64,000 bases of DNA from Eledone cirrhosa. Lineage: Eukaryota. The stretch's first letter is position 1. Every line of letters starts with the position of its first letter. Positions 24,625-36,900 of the stretch are shown one piece after another. The translations under genes and the position numbers were made by a program. The notes beneath the pieces are model-generated. The model had not been told where the DNA came from and searched no databases. It saw only the letters and a list, made by a program, of their open reading frames with translations. The stretch covers positions 59,830,001 through 59,894,000 of the forward strand of contig OZ024742.1 in assembly GCA_964016885.1 (NCBI GenBank), written 5' to 3'.

Positions 24625-25520
24625 AGTTGCATTTATCTTGCTTTATGCTCATACGAGTTATCACCAAGTCACAACCAGTGACCTCAAGAGACAACAAGGT
24701 CCGCCATGTTCAAGAAAGAACATACATATTCACACATGCATCTTTAGTGTTTAGACTTGTGATGTACTTATATTGACAGAATCTTCCTTAGTATATGGGC
24801 AGTTCCCATTAGTACTATCTTTTTTGCTTGACCAGTTGATGACATTGAAACTGTAGGTTACTACTGGTATGGCAAGCGTGTTTATGGCATCGATCCTATT
24901 CCTTGCATTCAATTCCGTTTTTTAGATTGCTCTCACTCTGCGGTAACGTTCCTTCCTTATCCTTTCCCTCATTGTCGAGTGCTTGATTCCGTCTCCTTCA
25001 CAAACACCTAGATATTTGTAAGTTTTTTCTTGATCAAGTTCTCTTATCACGTTCCCCCGATCAAGATTAATGTCTGAACTCTTCAGCAGCTTTCCTCTGG
25101 TGAACGTTGCTTTGGCGCATTTATCTAGTCCAAACTCCATTTTAATGTCATCACTGAACTGCTTCACAGTGGATAATAGCCCTTGCAATTGTTCATCATT
25201 TTTTGCAAATAGTTTCAGGTCATCCATGTAGAACAGGTGATTAATGGTTTTGTCATAGACTTTATATCCATGTTTTGTTTCATTGAGCATTTTACTTAAT
25301 GGTAAAAGTGCGATGCAGAATAAAAGCGGTGATAAAGAGTCACCCTGAAAAATTCCACACTTAATATTAACTTCTCCAGCTTCCAGTGATTTTGTTTCAC
25401 TATTCAAAAGGAGTGTCGTTTTCCATGTCTTCATACTGAATGACAAAAACCTCCTGACAACGGGGGATACTTTGAAAATCTCTAAACATTTTTCAACTGT
25501 GTGGTAAACTATCAAATGCT
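24624..25520 (-). mobile_element. Dong-A copy 3: 5'-truncated within RT, ~1.1 kb internal deletion at ~24826
   Basis: KAFD, GIFQGDSLSP, LFYMDDLK; 3'UTR matches 7020-7165. Confidence 0.9.
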
Positions 25521-25532
25521 TATTATTATTAT

Positions 25533-27090
25533 TTGCATTTATCTTGCTTTATGTTTATACTAGTTATCACCAAGTCACAACCAGTGACCTCAAGAGACAA
25601 CAAGGTCCGCCATGTTCAAGAAAGAACATACATATTCACACATGCATCCTTAGTGTTTAGACTTGTGATGTACTTATATTGACAGGATCTTCCTTAGTAT
25701 ATGGGCAGTTCCCATTAGTACTATCTTTTGTATTTCTCCTATACACGGGTTTCCTGGGATTTGCGATAAGTAGTCGTTAGAACCCTTAGGTATCATTCCC
25801 AGAGCGCCTACAACCACTGGTATTGTTTTAGTTCTCAATTTCCACATTTTTCCAATTTCTATCTCCAGGTCCTTATACTTGCTCAATTTTTCAAATGTTT
25901 TTATAGATACATTCTTGTCTATTGGAACAGACATATCAATTAGCAGGCATACCCTCCTTTGAAAGTCCTTCAATATTATATCAGGTCTATTTGCATCTAT
26001 TTTTCGGTCTGTTTGGATGCTAAAGTTCCACAAGATTGAGATGTGATCTTTTTCAAGTATGGGAGGTGGTTGATGCTCCCACCAATTCTTTTGATGGGGC
26101 AGGTCAAAATGCTTACACATTATCCAATGTATGTATTGTGCAGCTCTGTCATGCCTGTTTAGGTATTCGTTTGGAGCTATAGGACTGCACATTGAAATTA
26201 TATGGTCAATGGTCTCTGGTTGTTTTTTGCATACACGGCATAATGGGCTGCACCCATTTTTTATAATGTTGGATTGGTAATTTTTTGTTGGCAGACACTG
26301 ATCTTGTGCCGATATAATCAGTCCTTCAGTCTCCGATTTCAGTCTAGAGGATGCCAACCACTGATGGGTTAAAGTTTTGTCAACATCTGGATTGTTAGCT
26401 CGCTCTGGGTATTTTCCATACAGAGGCTTTTCTTGCCATTTCTTAGCCAGTTTCTGTAGCAGTTCTTTCTTTGCAGTTACTTTTACCTGCTTTGCTATTT
26501 CTGTGTTTTCCATTTCAGCAGTAAATGGGACTTCTGAAATTTGTAGTCCATTACTGTATCTTTGTGCATCTTTTGTAATGGAATATGATCTTTTGATGCT
26601 TTCGTGTTTCAAAACGAGTTTGATCATCCAATCATGTGATTCCCTTAGATATGTAGATAATCCAATTGTTGCAGTTTTCAACGCAATATCTAACTGGATT
26701 AACCCACGTCCTCCTTCTTTCCTAGGGAGATATATTCTATCAGTATCTGCCTTAGGGTGATGCATTCTGTGCATGGTTAAGAATTTTCGAATGTTTGTAT
26801 CGAGCCTACGGATCTCTGTGCTTGACCAGTTGATGACATTGTAACTGTAGGTTACTACTGGTATGGCAAGCGTGTTTATGGCATCGATCCTATTCCTTGC
26901 ATTCAATTCCGTTCTTAAGATTGCTCTTACTCTGCGGTAACATTCCTTCCTTATCCTTTCCCTCATTGTCGAGTGCTTGATTCCGTCTCCTTCACAAACA
27001 CCTAGATATTTGTAAGTTTTTTCTTGATCAAGTTCTCTTATCACGTTCCCCCGATCAAGATTAATGTCTGAACTCTTCAGCAGCTTTCCT
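25533..27090 (-). mobile_element. Dong-A copy 4, 5'-truncated, uninterrupted ORF to the stop at 25674
   Basis: ORF 25674-27143 with thumb, CCHC, RHD and PD-(D/E)xK-like RLE motifs; flanked by (TTA)n. Confidence 0.93.
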
Positions 27091-27117
27091 ATTATTATTA
27101 TTATTATTATTATTATT
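27091..27117. repeat. (TTA)n spacer
   Basis: Direct reading. Confidence 0.95.
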
Positions 27118-30100
27118 GTTGTTATTCCTTGAATCTCAGTCATTGATGTTGGTTAACTGGAAAGTCCGTTGGAATGAATATCAAGCCACTACCTGCAGCC
27201 TCAGATATTCAGGACGTATCGGAGGGTTCTTGCTGTTCCAAGCAAGCATGCCTTTTGAAGCGTTCCAAAAAGCGTGAAGGGGCCGATTTTCTTTAACCAT
27301 CCCTGGAAACTTTTGGAGATAGTCCCCAGTGCGCCTATGACAATCGGGATCACTTTGACTTCATGGCAGTTCCAAATCCTTTTCACCTCCCACTTTAGGT
27401 CCTGGTATCGGTTAATTTTCTCCCTCTCCTTCTCTTGCACTCTCGTGTCGAACGGGCAGGCCACATCCACAATCAGACATGATCTTTTTTCTTTGTCCAC
27501 AACCACCAGGTCAGGTCTATTGTGTTCCAGTTTTTTGTCCGTCTGTATCCTAAAATCCCACAGCACCTTCACCTGATTGTTCTCCATCACCGCATCCGGC
27601 CTATGCTCATACCATTTCTCAGAGTGTGGTAAATTGTTTACTTTGCACAGGTGCCAGTGGATCACCCTGCCCATCACATCGTGTCTCCAGCCCTTATAGT
27701 AGGTCTGGGCTAGGTGTTTACACTCGGACACAATGTGAGCCACAGTCTCCTCTCTCTCTCCACAGATCCTGCACAGTGGGCTAGCCTCCTCCTTGTAAAT
27801 ATGGTGCTTCAACCACTTCGTTTTGAGGGCCTGCTCCTGCGCAGCCATTATCATTCCTTCTGTAGCCCTTTTGAGGTCTCCTCTTCTCAACCAGTTCCAT
27901 GTCTGTGGATCTCTAAATTCCGTTTTCTCAAAGAAGGTACTATGAAGGGATTTTCCCTTAAGGCTGCTCTTCCTCCTTGATGTTATTTCCATCTTGGACA
28001 TCCCCTGGCCTACTGTCCCCTCCTTCAGTACAGTTTTGAGCATTGGCTCCTTACTATAGGTCACGTATTTGTATAGCTTGTTTTTCTCCATCTGAACACA
28101 GTCCTCTATGCTGATAAGACCTCTTCCACCCTCAGATCTCCTTAGGTAGAGTCTATCAACATCACTCCTCTTGTGGAACATGTTGTAGATAGTCAATAGC
28201 TTCCTAGTCTTCCTATCCATTTCTTTTTGTTCAGCAACATTCCATCTCAGAATTCCCGCACTGTACCTAATAATAGACACAGCTCGGGAATTTACTGCGC
28301 TTATGGCATTTCTGCTGTTCAGATGTGACTTCAATACGCTCCTTACTCTCCGAATGTATTCAGTTCTTAACAATTCCTTCATTTTTTTGTTCTTTATGCC
28401 ATCAGCCTCCAGAACGCCCAAATACTTGTATCCTTCCTCAGAGTCAATTTCCTTTATCATCTCACCTGTTGGTATCTGGATCCCGCTACTTCTGCTCAAC
28501 CTACCCCTCCTCATCACAATGACTCCACATTTACCAATACCAAACTGCATACATATATCACTGCTGAAAATACGGACAGTGTCAACAAGCACATCCAACT
28601 CCTTCTCACTTTTCCCGAAGAGCTTAAGATCGTCCATGAAGAGGAGGTGATTGATGGTAAGCTCTCCTCTTCCCAACTTGTATCCTGCTCTCACTTTTCG
28701 CAGTACACTAGTCAGGGGCATCAGGGCAAGGACAAAGAACAGAGGGGACAGGCTATCTCCCTGGAAGATACCTCTCTTGATCTTCACGCTTCCCAAGGAT
28801 ACTCCAGTTGATGTCAACTCTGTCTCCCAGGACCCCATACTCCTGCCCAGCAACTGTCTGATGTTATCTGCCACCCTGAAGATCTCCAGGCTTTTGGTGA
28901 TCCAAGAATGAGGCACCATGTCAAATGCCTTTCTGTAGTCTATCCATCCCATGGCAAGATCAGTGTGTCTCCTCCTGCAATTCCCCCATTACCATCTTAT
29001 CAATAAGTAACTGGTCCGTTGTAGCACGTGATTTCTTTCGGCATCCTTTCTGTTCGTCCGGTAACAAGTTGTTTGTGTGGAGGTGATGGTAGATTTCCTC
29101 AGACACAATGCTCGTCAACAGTTTCCACATTACGGACAGACATGTGATAGGTCTATAGTTGGTAACATCATTACCCTTGATTCGGTCTTTCATTATCAGA
29201 ACTGTGGTACCTTTTGTCAACCACTCTGGCACCTCACCCGACACCAAGCAGTCATTGAACATGGCCGTCAGCTTCGGGTAGAGGGATGTTAAATGATTAA
29301 TCCAATACCCCTGCACACCATCTGGGCCTGGTGATTTCCAGTTGGTTAGTTTTTTGGCCTGCCCCTTAAGAGTTTCAACTGTGATACTCAAATCAGTTTG
29401 TTGTTGTGCCTGCTCACCGATCTCCCTCTGTACTGTCTCAATCCACCCTGCCTGGGCATTATGTCTAACATCCTGCTCCCATATTCCTCTCCAGAATGTT
29501 TTAGTTTGTTCCGCCCCAGGGATCAAGTCGTTGCCTCTTTCTTTCCCCTCAAGCTGTCCAAACAGCATCTTCTGGTTGTTGTCGAACATGCGGTTCTGTT
29601 TATACTGACTGACTCTGTTCTCGTATCGCCTGATTTTTGCACTCTTTGCTACAATGCATTGCTTCAGTTCCTCTATGATAATATTTAGCTTTTTTCTCCT
29701 AGTTTTGTACTTTATTTCCAGTCTATTTTTAGTGCCTATGTTTTTTAGTGTCCCATTCAGTAGTGACTCAAGCTTTCCTATGTCATTTCTCATTTCCCCG
29801 ATTTGCCCACTCAGTCGCTTCTTTCACCACGGCTCTGCTCTTTCTCGTCTGTTGTTTCCTCTCGCTTTTATACCAAGTAGTTTCCTCACCGTATTTGCTG
29901 TTGCTTTGAGGATATTGTTGCACTGGTGAAGGCTCCTCGCCTCAAGGTATGGGATGACTTTGTTTACCTTAGCTGTTGTTTCTTTTAACTTTTTCCTGTC
30001 TACAAATCTTAGGTTCATAGGTCTCCCACTATCATTGTTCAATTCATCTACCACTAAATTTAGGATGTCAACCGAATCTTGTCCTAGCCCGTCAGCATTC

Positions 30101-31677
30101 ATCTCCTCAGTGGCCGTATCTCTGTTCCAGGTATTATTTATCTCAGTATTCAGATCATTGTCTGCTTCGGGTGGTTCCTCCATTCTCAGGACCTCTTCAC
30201 CTTCATTTCCCACTGGCTCGCTTGTCTGGCATACTACACCCGCCATCTCCAAGCCATTCTCTCTGCTCAGTTCCTCCAGTTCCAGCTCGCTTATCCACCC
30301 ATTAGTTCTTATTACCCGAGCCTGCCCGGCCAATTTTTGTTCATCTAATTTAAATAAACCAATCTCGTTCCAGATGTTATGCATCCGTCTCCTGTAGCCC
30401 CTCTCCTTGGGGTTACTTTTCAGGTAGCATTGCATAACAGTTCTATTCAATTCTTTCGTCCAGTTGGTTCTGGCCCCTTTCCTTCTTCTTCTTCCTCCAA
30501 CATCAGCAGTATTTGGTTGACAGTCAGGTTCCTGCTGCTGAGCCAGGGGGCACCTGTTGGGTGAGAGTCTGTCACATGACGTTCTAGTCTCAATTTCACC
30601 GTTATTCGAACTGTTTATGTTCGATATTTAAACACTCTTATCGAGGATTGGCGAATGTATGGTTACATAGCCATCTGTGGATCCGCCATCCCACTTGGCC
30701 CTTGTGTGGCATTATCACTACGCTGTATACGAACACACATAAACAAACAAACACACAGGCAGAAAGGGCCCCAAAAATGAATAAGCATAAGTTTCATTGT
30801 AATGTAGTGTTCGAATGTCTGACTTAGTTTTTGTTTTTTAAGTTTTAGTTCCCCCCCCCCCTCTTCTCTGTCCGTCCGCCTGCTTCTCTCTTCATTCTTA
30901 TTTTCTTTACGTTTTTGGGGTTTCTTTTTTTGTTTTTGTTTTTCTCTGTTTGTTTTTCTCGTTTTTGCTGTTGTTGCTGTGCTGCTTTGGTTTTGTTGTT
31001 TGTTTTTTCTTTTTTCTTTTGAGTCTATCTATATATTTTGATGCCTTCCTCTTTGTTAGTAGTAGGAATTCTATAATGTGGAAGTAGCAGCCAGCAGGGA
31101 GAAGTGGGAGACTGGCGGCGGTAGCGATACTGAGACAGTGGTGGTGGTGATGTCGATACCGAGGCAGTGGTGGCGGTGATGTGACCGTATTACTGTAGTG
31201 GTGGTGCTGTAGCGGTGGCAGCAGTGAAGGAGTGAAGGGGTGGTGGCGGCGGTGATGGGATAGTGGTGGTAATGATGGCCGTAGTGAGCGGTGGTGGTGA
31301 AGGTGAAAATGCCGTTATCTGGCTGTTGTGTTTAGTGTACACCGATGATGGGGTGGGTGGTGTATCTAGTTTCTGGTGTTGGTGAGTTTGGCTGTCCTAT
31401 ATAGTGTAGACAGAGGAGAGGAGGGGGGGGGGGTTCTTCTTCCATTTATAGCCATTTTCTTTTTTGGATATACAGTGTACAATACAAAGTTGAATATTTG
31501 AATATTTGAGCCTTATAACAATATATTTTGGGTCCGAATTTTTTGGGGCTCAAGCCGGGTGCTTTACGTAGCATTTGTACTAAGAGTTGTTATTTCACAA
31601 ATGATTTAAATATGTTAAAAATTCAAAACTTACGGGAGCGATTTCATGACCTCCGTCACCTCGTGCGTCTTCTTCCC
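27118..31677 (-). mobile_element. Dong-B RLE element, full length (~4.56 kb; copy E)
   Basis: Both termini in (TAA)n; ~1.1 kb leader, single long ORF, ~80 bp 3'UTR. Confidence 0.95.
27201..30593 (-). pseudogene. Dong-B ORF: N-terminal domain + RT + CCHC + restriction-like endonuclease, frameshifts near 29820 and 28980
   Basis: KSPGPDG, NYRPITCL, EQKGC, WIDYRKAFD, QGDSLSP, FMDD, YKYLG, CRICGEREETVAHIVSEC, RHD, NRPD..IVDVACPFD..EK..Y. Confidence 0.9.

Positions 31678-31721
<44 letters not shown>
31678..31721. repeat. (TTA)n spacer
   Basis: Direct reading. Confidence 0.95.
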
Positions 31722-32369
31722 GTTCTTAGAGTCTCAGTCATTGATGTTAGTTAACTGGAAAGTTTGTTGAAATGAATATCAAGCCACTACCTGCAGCCTC
31801 AGATATTCAGGACATATCGGAGGGTTCTTGCTGTTCCCAGCAAGCATGCCTTTTGAAATGTTCCAAAAAGAGGGGTGGGGCCAATTTTCTTTAACCATCC
31901 CTGGAAACTTTTGGAGATAGTACCTAGTGCGCCTATGACAATCGGCACCACTTTGATCTCATGGCAGTTCCAAATCCATTTTACCTCCCACTTTAAGTTC
32001 TGGTATCGGTTAATTTTCTCCCTCTCCTTCTCTTGCACTCTAGTGTCAAATGGGCACGTCCTCCTTCTTTCCTAGGGAGATATATTCTATCTATATCTGC
32101 CTTAGGGTGATGAATTCTGTGCATGGTTAAGAATTTTCGAATTTTTGTATCGAGCCTACGGATCTCTGTGCTTCACCAGTTGATGACATTGTAACTGTAG
32201 GTTACTACTGGTATGGCAAGCGTGTTTATGGCATCGATCCTATTCCTTGCATTCAATACCGTTCTTAAGATTGCTCTTACTCTGCGGTAACATTCATTCC
32301 TTATCCTTTCCCTCATTGTCGAGTGCTTGATTCCGTCTCCTTCACAAACACCTAGATATTTGTAAGTTT
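31722..32369 (-). mobile_element. Chimeric RLE fragment: Dong-A internal piece (32055-32369) joined to a Dong-B 3' end (31722-32056)
   Basis: 31722-32056 reads the same as 17164-17498; 32055-32369 matches 26705-27019; 2-nt CA overlap at the junction. Confidence 0.88.
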
Positions 32370-32405
32370 CTTCTTCTTCTTCTTCTTCTTCTTCTTCTTC
32401 TTCTT

Positions 32406-32479
<74 letters not shown>

Positions 32480-32530
32480 TGTTGTTGTTGTTGTCAATAA
32501 AGAAAACATTATTGTTGTTGTTGTTGTTGT
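32368..32530. repeat. Compound microsatellite (TTC)n(TTA)n(TTG)n, right boundary of the young array
   Basis: Direct reading. Confidence 0.95.
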
Positions 32531-32639
32531 ACTTTCTTCACCGACACATGTACGCTCTCGTAAATGTGTTGTTTTTTCATTGTTATCCAACCTATTTTGT
32601 TGAATATTTCATATCATTTTACTGTAAAACTAAACAGTA

Positions 32640-35600
32640 TTCTACATGAGCTGGTTAGGTCATCTTTACCTATAGGCCTTAGGGGCTAGACATTTTTTTC
32701 TTTTCCATACACGCCCCACGATGCTTTTCAAAATTAAGTTGTGGCAAAGGTTTTTACTACCGCAACATAGAAAAGCGTGCTGTCCACAAGATAGAGTAGC
32801 CAAATTTCAAAAAACAACGACAGCAGAAGCAGGAACAACAACGACAACTCTGTACGAGAAAACTATAAAGCGATTAAAAATGCAATTCTGTCACCACCTC
32901 AAGAACAACAAAATACAATGACAACAAAAATAAACAACATCACTAACACAAATCCTGCTATCACCAAACCACCACCGGTACCATCCCCTCCACCGTCACA
33001 ACAACAACGAGCACAGAAAAAAATAACTAATGCAGACAGCACAATGACAACACAAATATCAATAACAACTACAATAACAACGGCAATAACAAAAATAACA
33101 ACACTTACGACAAGAAAAACAATAACAACAATACATTTGCAGTGACGGCTGCCAATGTCACAGAAATGTTTAATATGAAAATTTTAGGAAAATAATCCTG
33201 TTTGGCTCAAACGGCTTAACTGATCAAACTACAAAAATCATGGTCTGTGATAGCCATCCCACTCCTAGGTGTTGGCAAAAGCTAAAATATATCGTAATCT
33301 ATAAAAGTGTCTCACCAAATATGAAACAGCCGGAGCTAGGGAATCTGATTGATATAGATAGAGCATTGAAAGAGATAATTCCCGACATACAGCACCTCGC
33401 AAGTTCCAGGCAGTATGCATGTATTTCAGTGATCTTTGGTCGTTAAATACTCTGTGGTTCCCTGTCGAAGCGAGAGGTATGTTATCTACCCATGTTATCT
33501 AGAAAGGGATCTCACATCTAACCAGATAAAATCTACAAGATCCAAGACCTCTGGAATGTGTTAGGTTAGCACATTACGGTTAACGGATGAAAACCCTGTT
33601 GACGTTTGTGTGTGAAGATTGGTTACTTTAGATCTTTCCACCTTCAAAAGAAAACAAGGAACCCCAAGGTCCAATTGCTGCCAACAACAGAACCACCAAG
33701 CCACCACAACAACATCAACAGAAAAGCCAACGACCGCAACAGCTGTACAAACACCAGAAACAACAGCAACATCACCACCAATAACACGAGGAGAAGCTTG
33801 ACAACAACCACTAAAAGCTGGAAGAAAATCAACAAACAAAGTGAAAAGCAACCAAGTTGTTTCCCAAGCTCTCTCCTATATCTATCTTCATCCATATGCG
33901 AAAAAGATTCCTCAGACACATATACCACCCCAACTAAAAAAAAGAAGAAAATCACCTTGCCTCACAATTGTACACAGCAGAAAACCCAGAGAACACATCC
34001 ACAACAAATGCAGACATATCTACAACACTAACACCACAAACGAAAAGACAACCAACATCATGAGCACAACAACAACCACAACTACCCACATAAAGAAAAG
34101 ACACACAACAACGAAAACCAATCACACAGACACTAAACTTCATGCCAATAAAGAAGTCTAACGAAGAACTGATGGCCATCATAGCATAAATTGAATATAG
34201 TGAGTGAGGAAGCGCAATTTGTGGTACCGGCACTTTTAAAGAGCTACACAATTTAATGAAGGCATACGTGCCTCTTGAGACTTACAAAAACCTTTGCGAG
34301 AGGTTCCCCTAGATGTAGGAAACACTAATACAAAATCTACCAATATGTTTTTAAAGGGTGACCAAGCAACCCCAACCAGATATGGGGATCGAAACACCTG
34401 ATCACCAAATGCTCTTGAGGGTAAGTAGCTCCCTTTTTTCTTAACACTTCGAGGCCAACATCCAATTTTAAGATTAGGTTGCATAAATGTACGTGGGCTG
34501 GGGCCGTCCTGGAAGCAAGTTCGCTTGCTCAGAATTTCCGACACGCAGGCACTAGCTTCTAGTTTTGACGACCTTGAGATTTACGCATTATTTAGTTGGC
34601 TTTGAATGGGAGGTGGGGTGGCAGTGTTGTTTAGGAAATGCCTGGATGTCGATGCACAGACGATCTTCCTTGACTCAGACAGTAAGTTGGTGGTCTGCTA
34701 TGTGAGTAATAGCGGAGGTGGTGTTTTTAAATTGGTGACCATCTGTGCGTCAACTGGGTTAGGATGGTTGGAAATTTCGAACATCTGGAACCCTTTTGGG
34801 AACGTCTCGCCCTTTACTCTTAACAGGGAACTGGAACAGCATCTTCATAGGGACTGTGAGGGAGTAGCTGATATTAGCGGAGGGTGAAAATGCCTCATAA
34901 ACCTGATCAGACAATTACAAATGTCGGACAGGTACCGACAAGTTTTTCCGAATGCGCCAATTGTTGACCTGGGCCATCTCTTAAGGTCATCTAGATCGTA
35001 TTTAGATATGTCTCCCATTAGTTGAGCAAATAAGGATAATATAGAGTTTACACAAATATAAACGGTCCCCAATTCAGACCAGAGATTTGTGATAGGCTTG
35101 GTCGACTTAGATATCACATTTAGAAATTGATCCGGTTATTGAAAGCTTGACGCATTTCCCGGCGTGTAAAGCCTATATAAACCGGATAGCACATTAGTTA
35201 ATCAGCATTTGACAGGGGCAATCGTCAGTATCAGTTGTTGGGAAGTGCTCAGGAGAGCAATTAGAGTAGAAGCAATAGTTTGTAGTAAAAAAAAATAGAA
35301 AAAAAAGAGTGCGTAGGGGGAGTTAGTAGCTCAACTAGAAGAGCCGATGAGGAGTGATATTGCAGCCAATGTGAGAATGGCACTAAGCCATTTCTTCGTT
35401 GAGAAACACCAAGTGTGCATGTCAGAATTATTCCACGTACTCTCTGTCACGAAATAACGAAAGTGGTTTGGTGGAATAAAATGTCAGAGGCGCATCGTGT
35501 CTATAAATATACAATTCAGTCTTTTATGCACCGAAATGGGTGCGATCAGTTCGATTTTTAGTAGATGTGTGCAGTTTTCCAGTGACACTTTGCAAAACTC

Positions 35601-36756
35601 TTTGGAGCATGCGTGGGTACGGGAATAAGGCCACTCGATAGTTCTTACCTTAACTACCAGCCATGGCTCTTGGTGGAAGATGCTGCAAAAAGCCGAAAAC
35701 AGCATTCAAGACACACACCTAAGCAGCTGCACGATGCACAAATAACTCGCAGTTTGGATTGTCTACCTTAAGAGTTTTATTAATACAAACCAGATCTGTT
35801 ATCCCATGTCCTCAAAGCTGTCTGCTTCAAATGGCAGCTGATTGGGAGAATTCCCAGCTCTGTAAATCAGGATGTGGTAATGCTCATGAGGAAATATGAG
35901 AAGATGTGGGACATTATTGATAATTTACGGCACCTAACTCTGCTCAACGCAGGTTTTCAGATTTAGGCCAACGTGCTAGCAACGGGTTGACACAGGTCAA
36001 GTGTCTGGTTGGAAAATCGCAAACGTGCGCATCCTGACAAGCTTTATACACGACAACATCCTCCTCATGCGATACATTATAAAGAGTGTAGGAAGTAAAC
36101 CTGGCTTTGATCAACTTAGATGAATCGAAAGCTTTTGAGATGATCTAACATCAACAACTGGAGGCTGTCGTCAAAACAGCGACATGTATGACGGATCCGT
36201 CTATTTGTTAACACCAACTTAAAGGTCGCCCCGCAACTGTCTTTTTGGGGCTGAAAAAAACAGGCTGTTTCTTCTCTTTGGAGGTTGTAACGAAAGAGGT
36301 TGTGTCACACGACTGAAAGTAATGAAGACTGACACTTTCTTCTGCGGCCAAGCCTTCATCAAGTCTTTTCAGGTTCCACTTGAAAAAGAATGTGAGGGTG
36401 GAGAGCAAAGTGCTTCCACCCAGTACATTTGTTAAAAGGCGGGTGAATGTAGCGAGTATGGCCTGAGTAAATGGGCTTCATCGTAACATGCGCCTATGGA
36501 CTGGGAGTTTAGTGAGGAGAACGATCCCTTCCCATGGTGTTCTTGGAGTTTAGGATTGTTTAGTATTGGTGGATTTCCTAAGTTACCCTTTAGCGTTATT
36601 CTCCTCTATTGGGGAATTTCATTGTTATTAATTTGTTGTTAATTGTTACCTGTTACCCTTTTTTTACACGTTTATAAAACTATTTGTAAATCCTCACTGT
36701 CCCCGTTTTTTGAATTGTTATCAATGTTTCGGCACTTGTGCCCAATAAAAAAATAA
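32640..36756 (+). mobile_element. Old, heavily degraded Tx1-clade LINE (related subfamily), with the RT 3' half largely deleted; 5' boundary uncertain
   Basis: Thr-rich ORF1 relic; LRLGCINVRGLGPSWKQ (~34468), GGGVAVLFRK, RSSRSYLD, GRIPSSV, NLRHLTLLN; 3'UTR CTATTGGGGAATTT...CTTGTGCCCAATAAA. Confidence 0.8.
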
Positions 36757-36900
36757 TTGTTTCTACTTTTGGTACAAGGCTAGCAATTACACAGTACATT
36801 ACTGGTACTTTATTTTATCGACCCCTTAAGGATAAAAGGCAAAGTTAACCTCAGCGGGATTTGAACTCAGTCCATAAAGGGACGTAACTCTGCGCTGCAA
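36757..36900 (-). mobile_element. SINE (same family as 2153-2353)
   Basis: ACTGGTACTTTATTTTATCGACCCC...GGCAAAGTTAACCTC.GCGGGATTTGAACTCAG is the reverse complement of the SINE core. Confidence 0.82.

Noticed and set aside
742-30564. Many antisense and alternate-frame ORFs recurring in several copies (e.g. MTDAMYAFA.., MTLFTLAVVSF.., MAFLLFRCDF..)
   Set aside because: Shadow ORFs of the retrotransposon coding strands; they recur only because the elements are repeated.
31530-31630. Twister-like motif GGCTCAAGCC...GAGT...TTAA on the + strand of the Dong-B leader
   Set aside because: Antisense to the element, the P4 stem cannot form, and it is not conserved in the 8210 copy.
5569-32475. CRISPR-like or telomeric repeat array
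   Set aside because: Spacers are variable-length trinucleotide microsatellites between kb-sized retroelements; no cas genes and no TTAGGG tracts.
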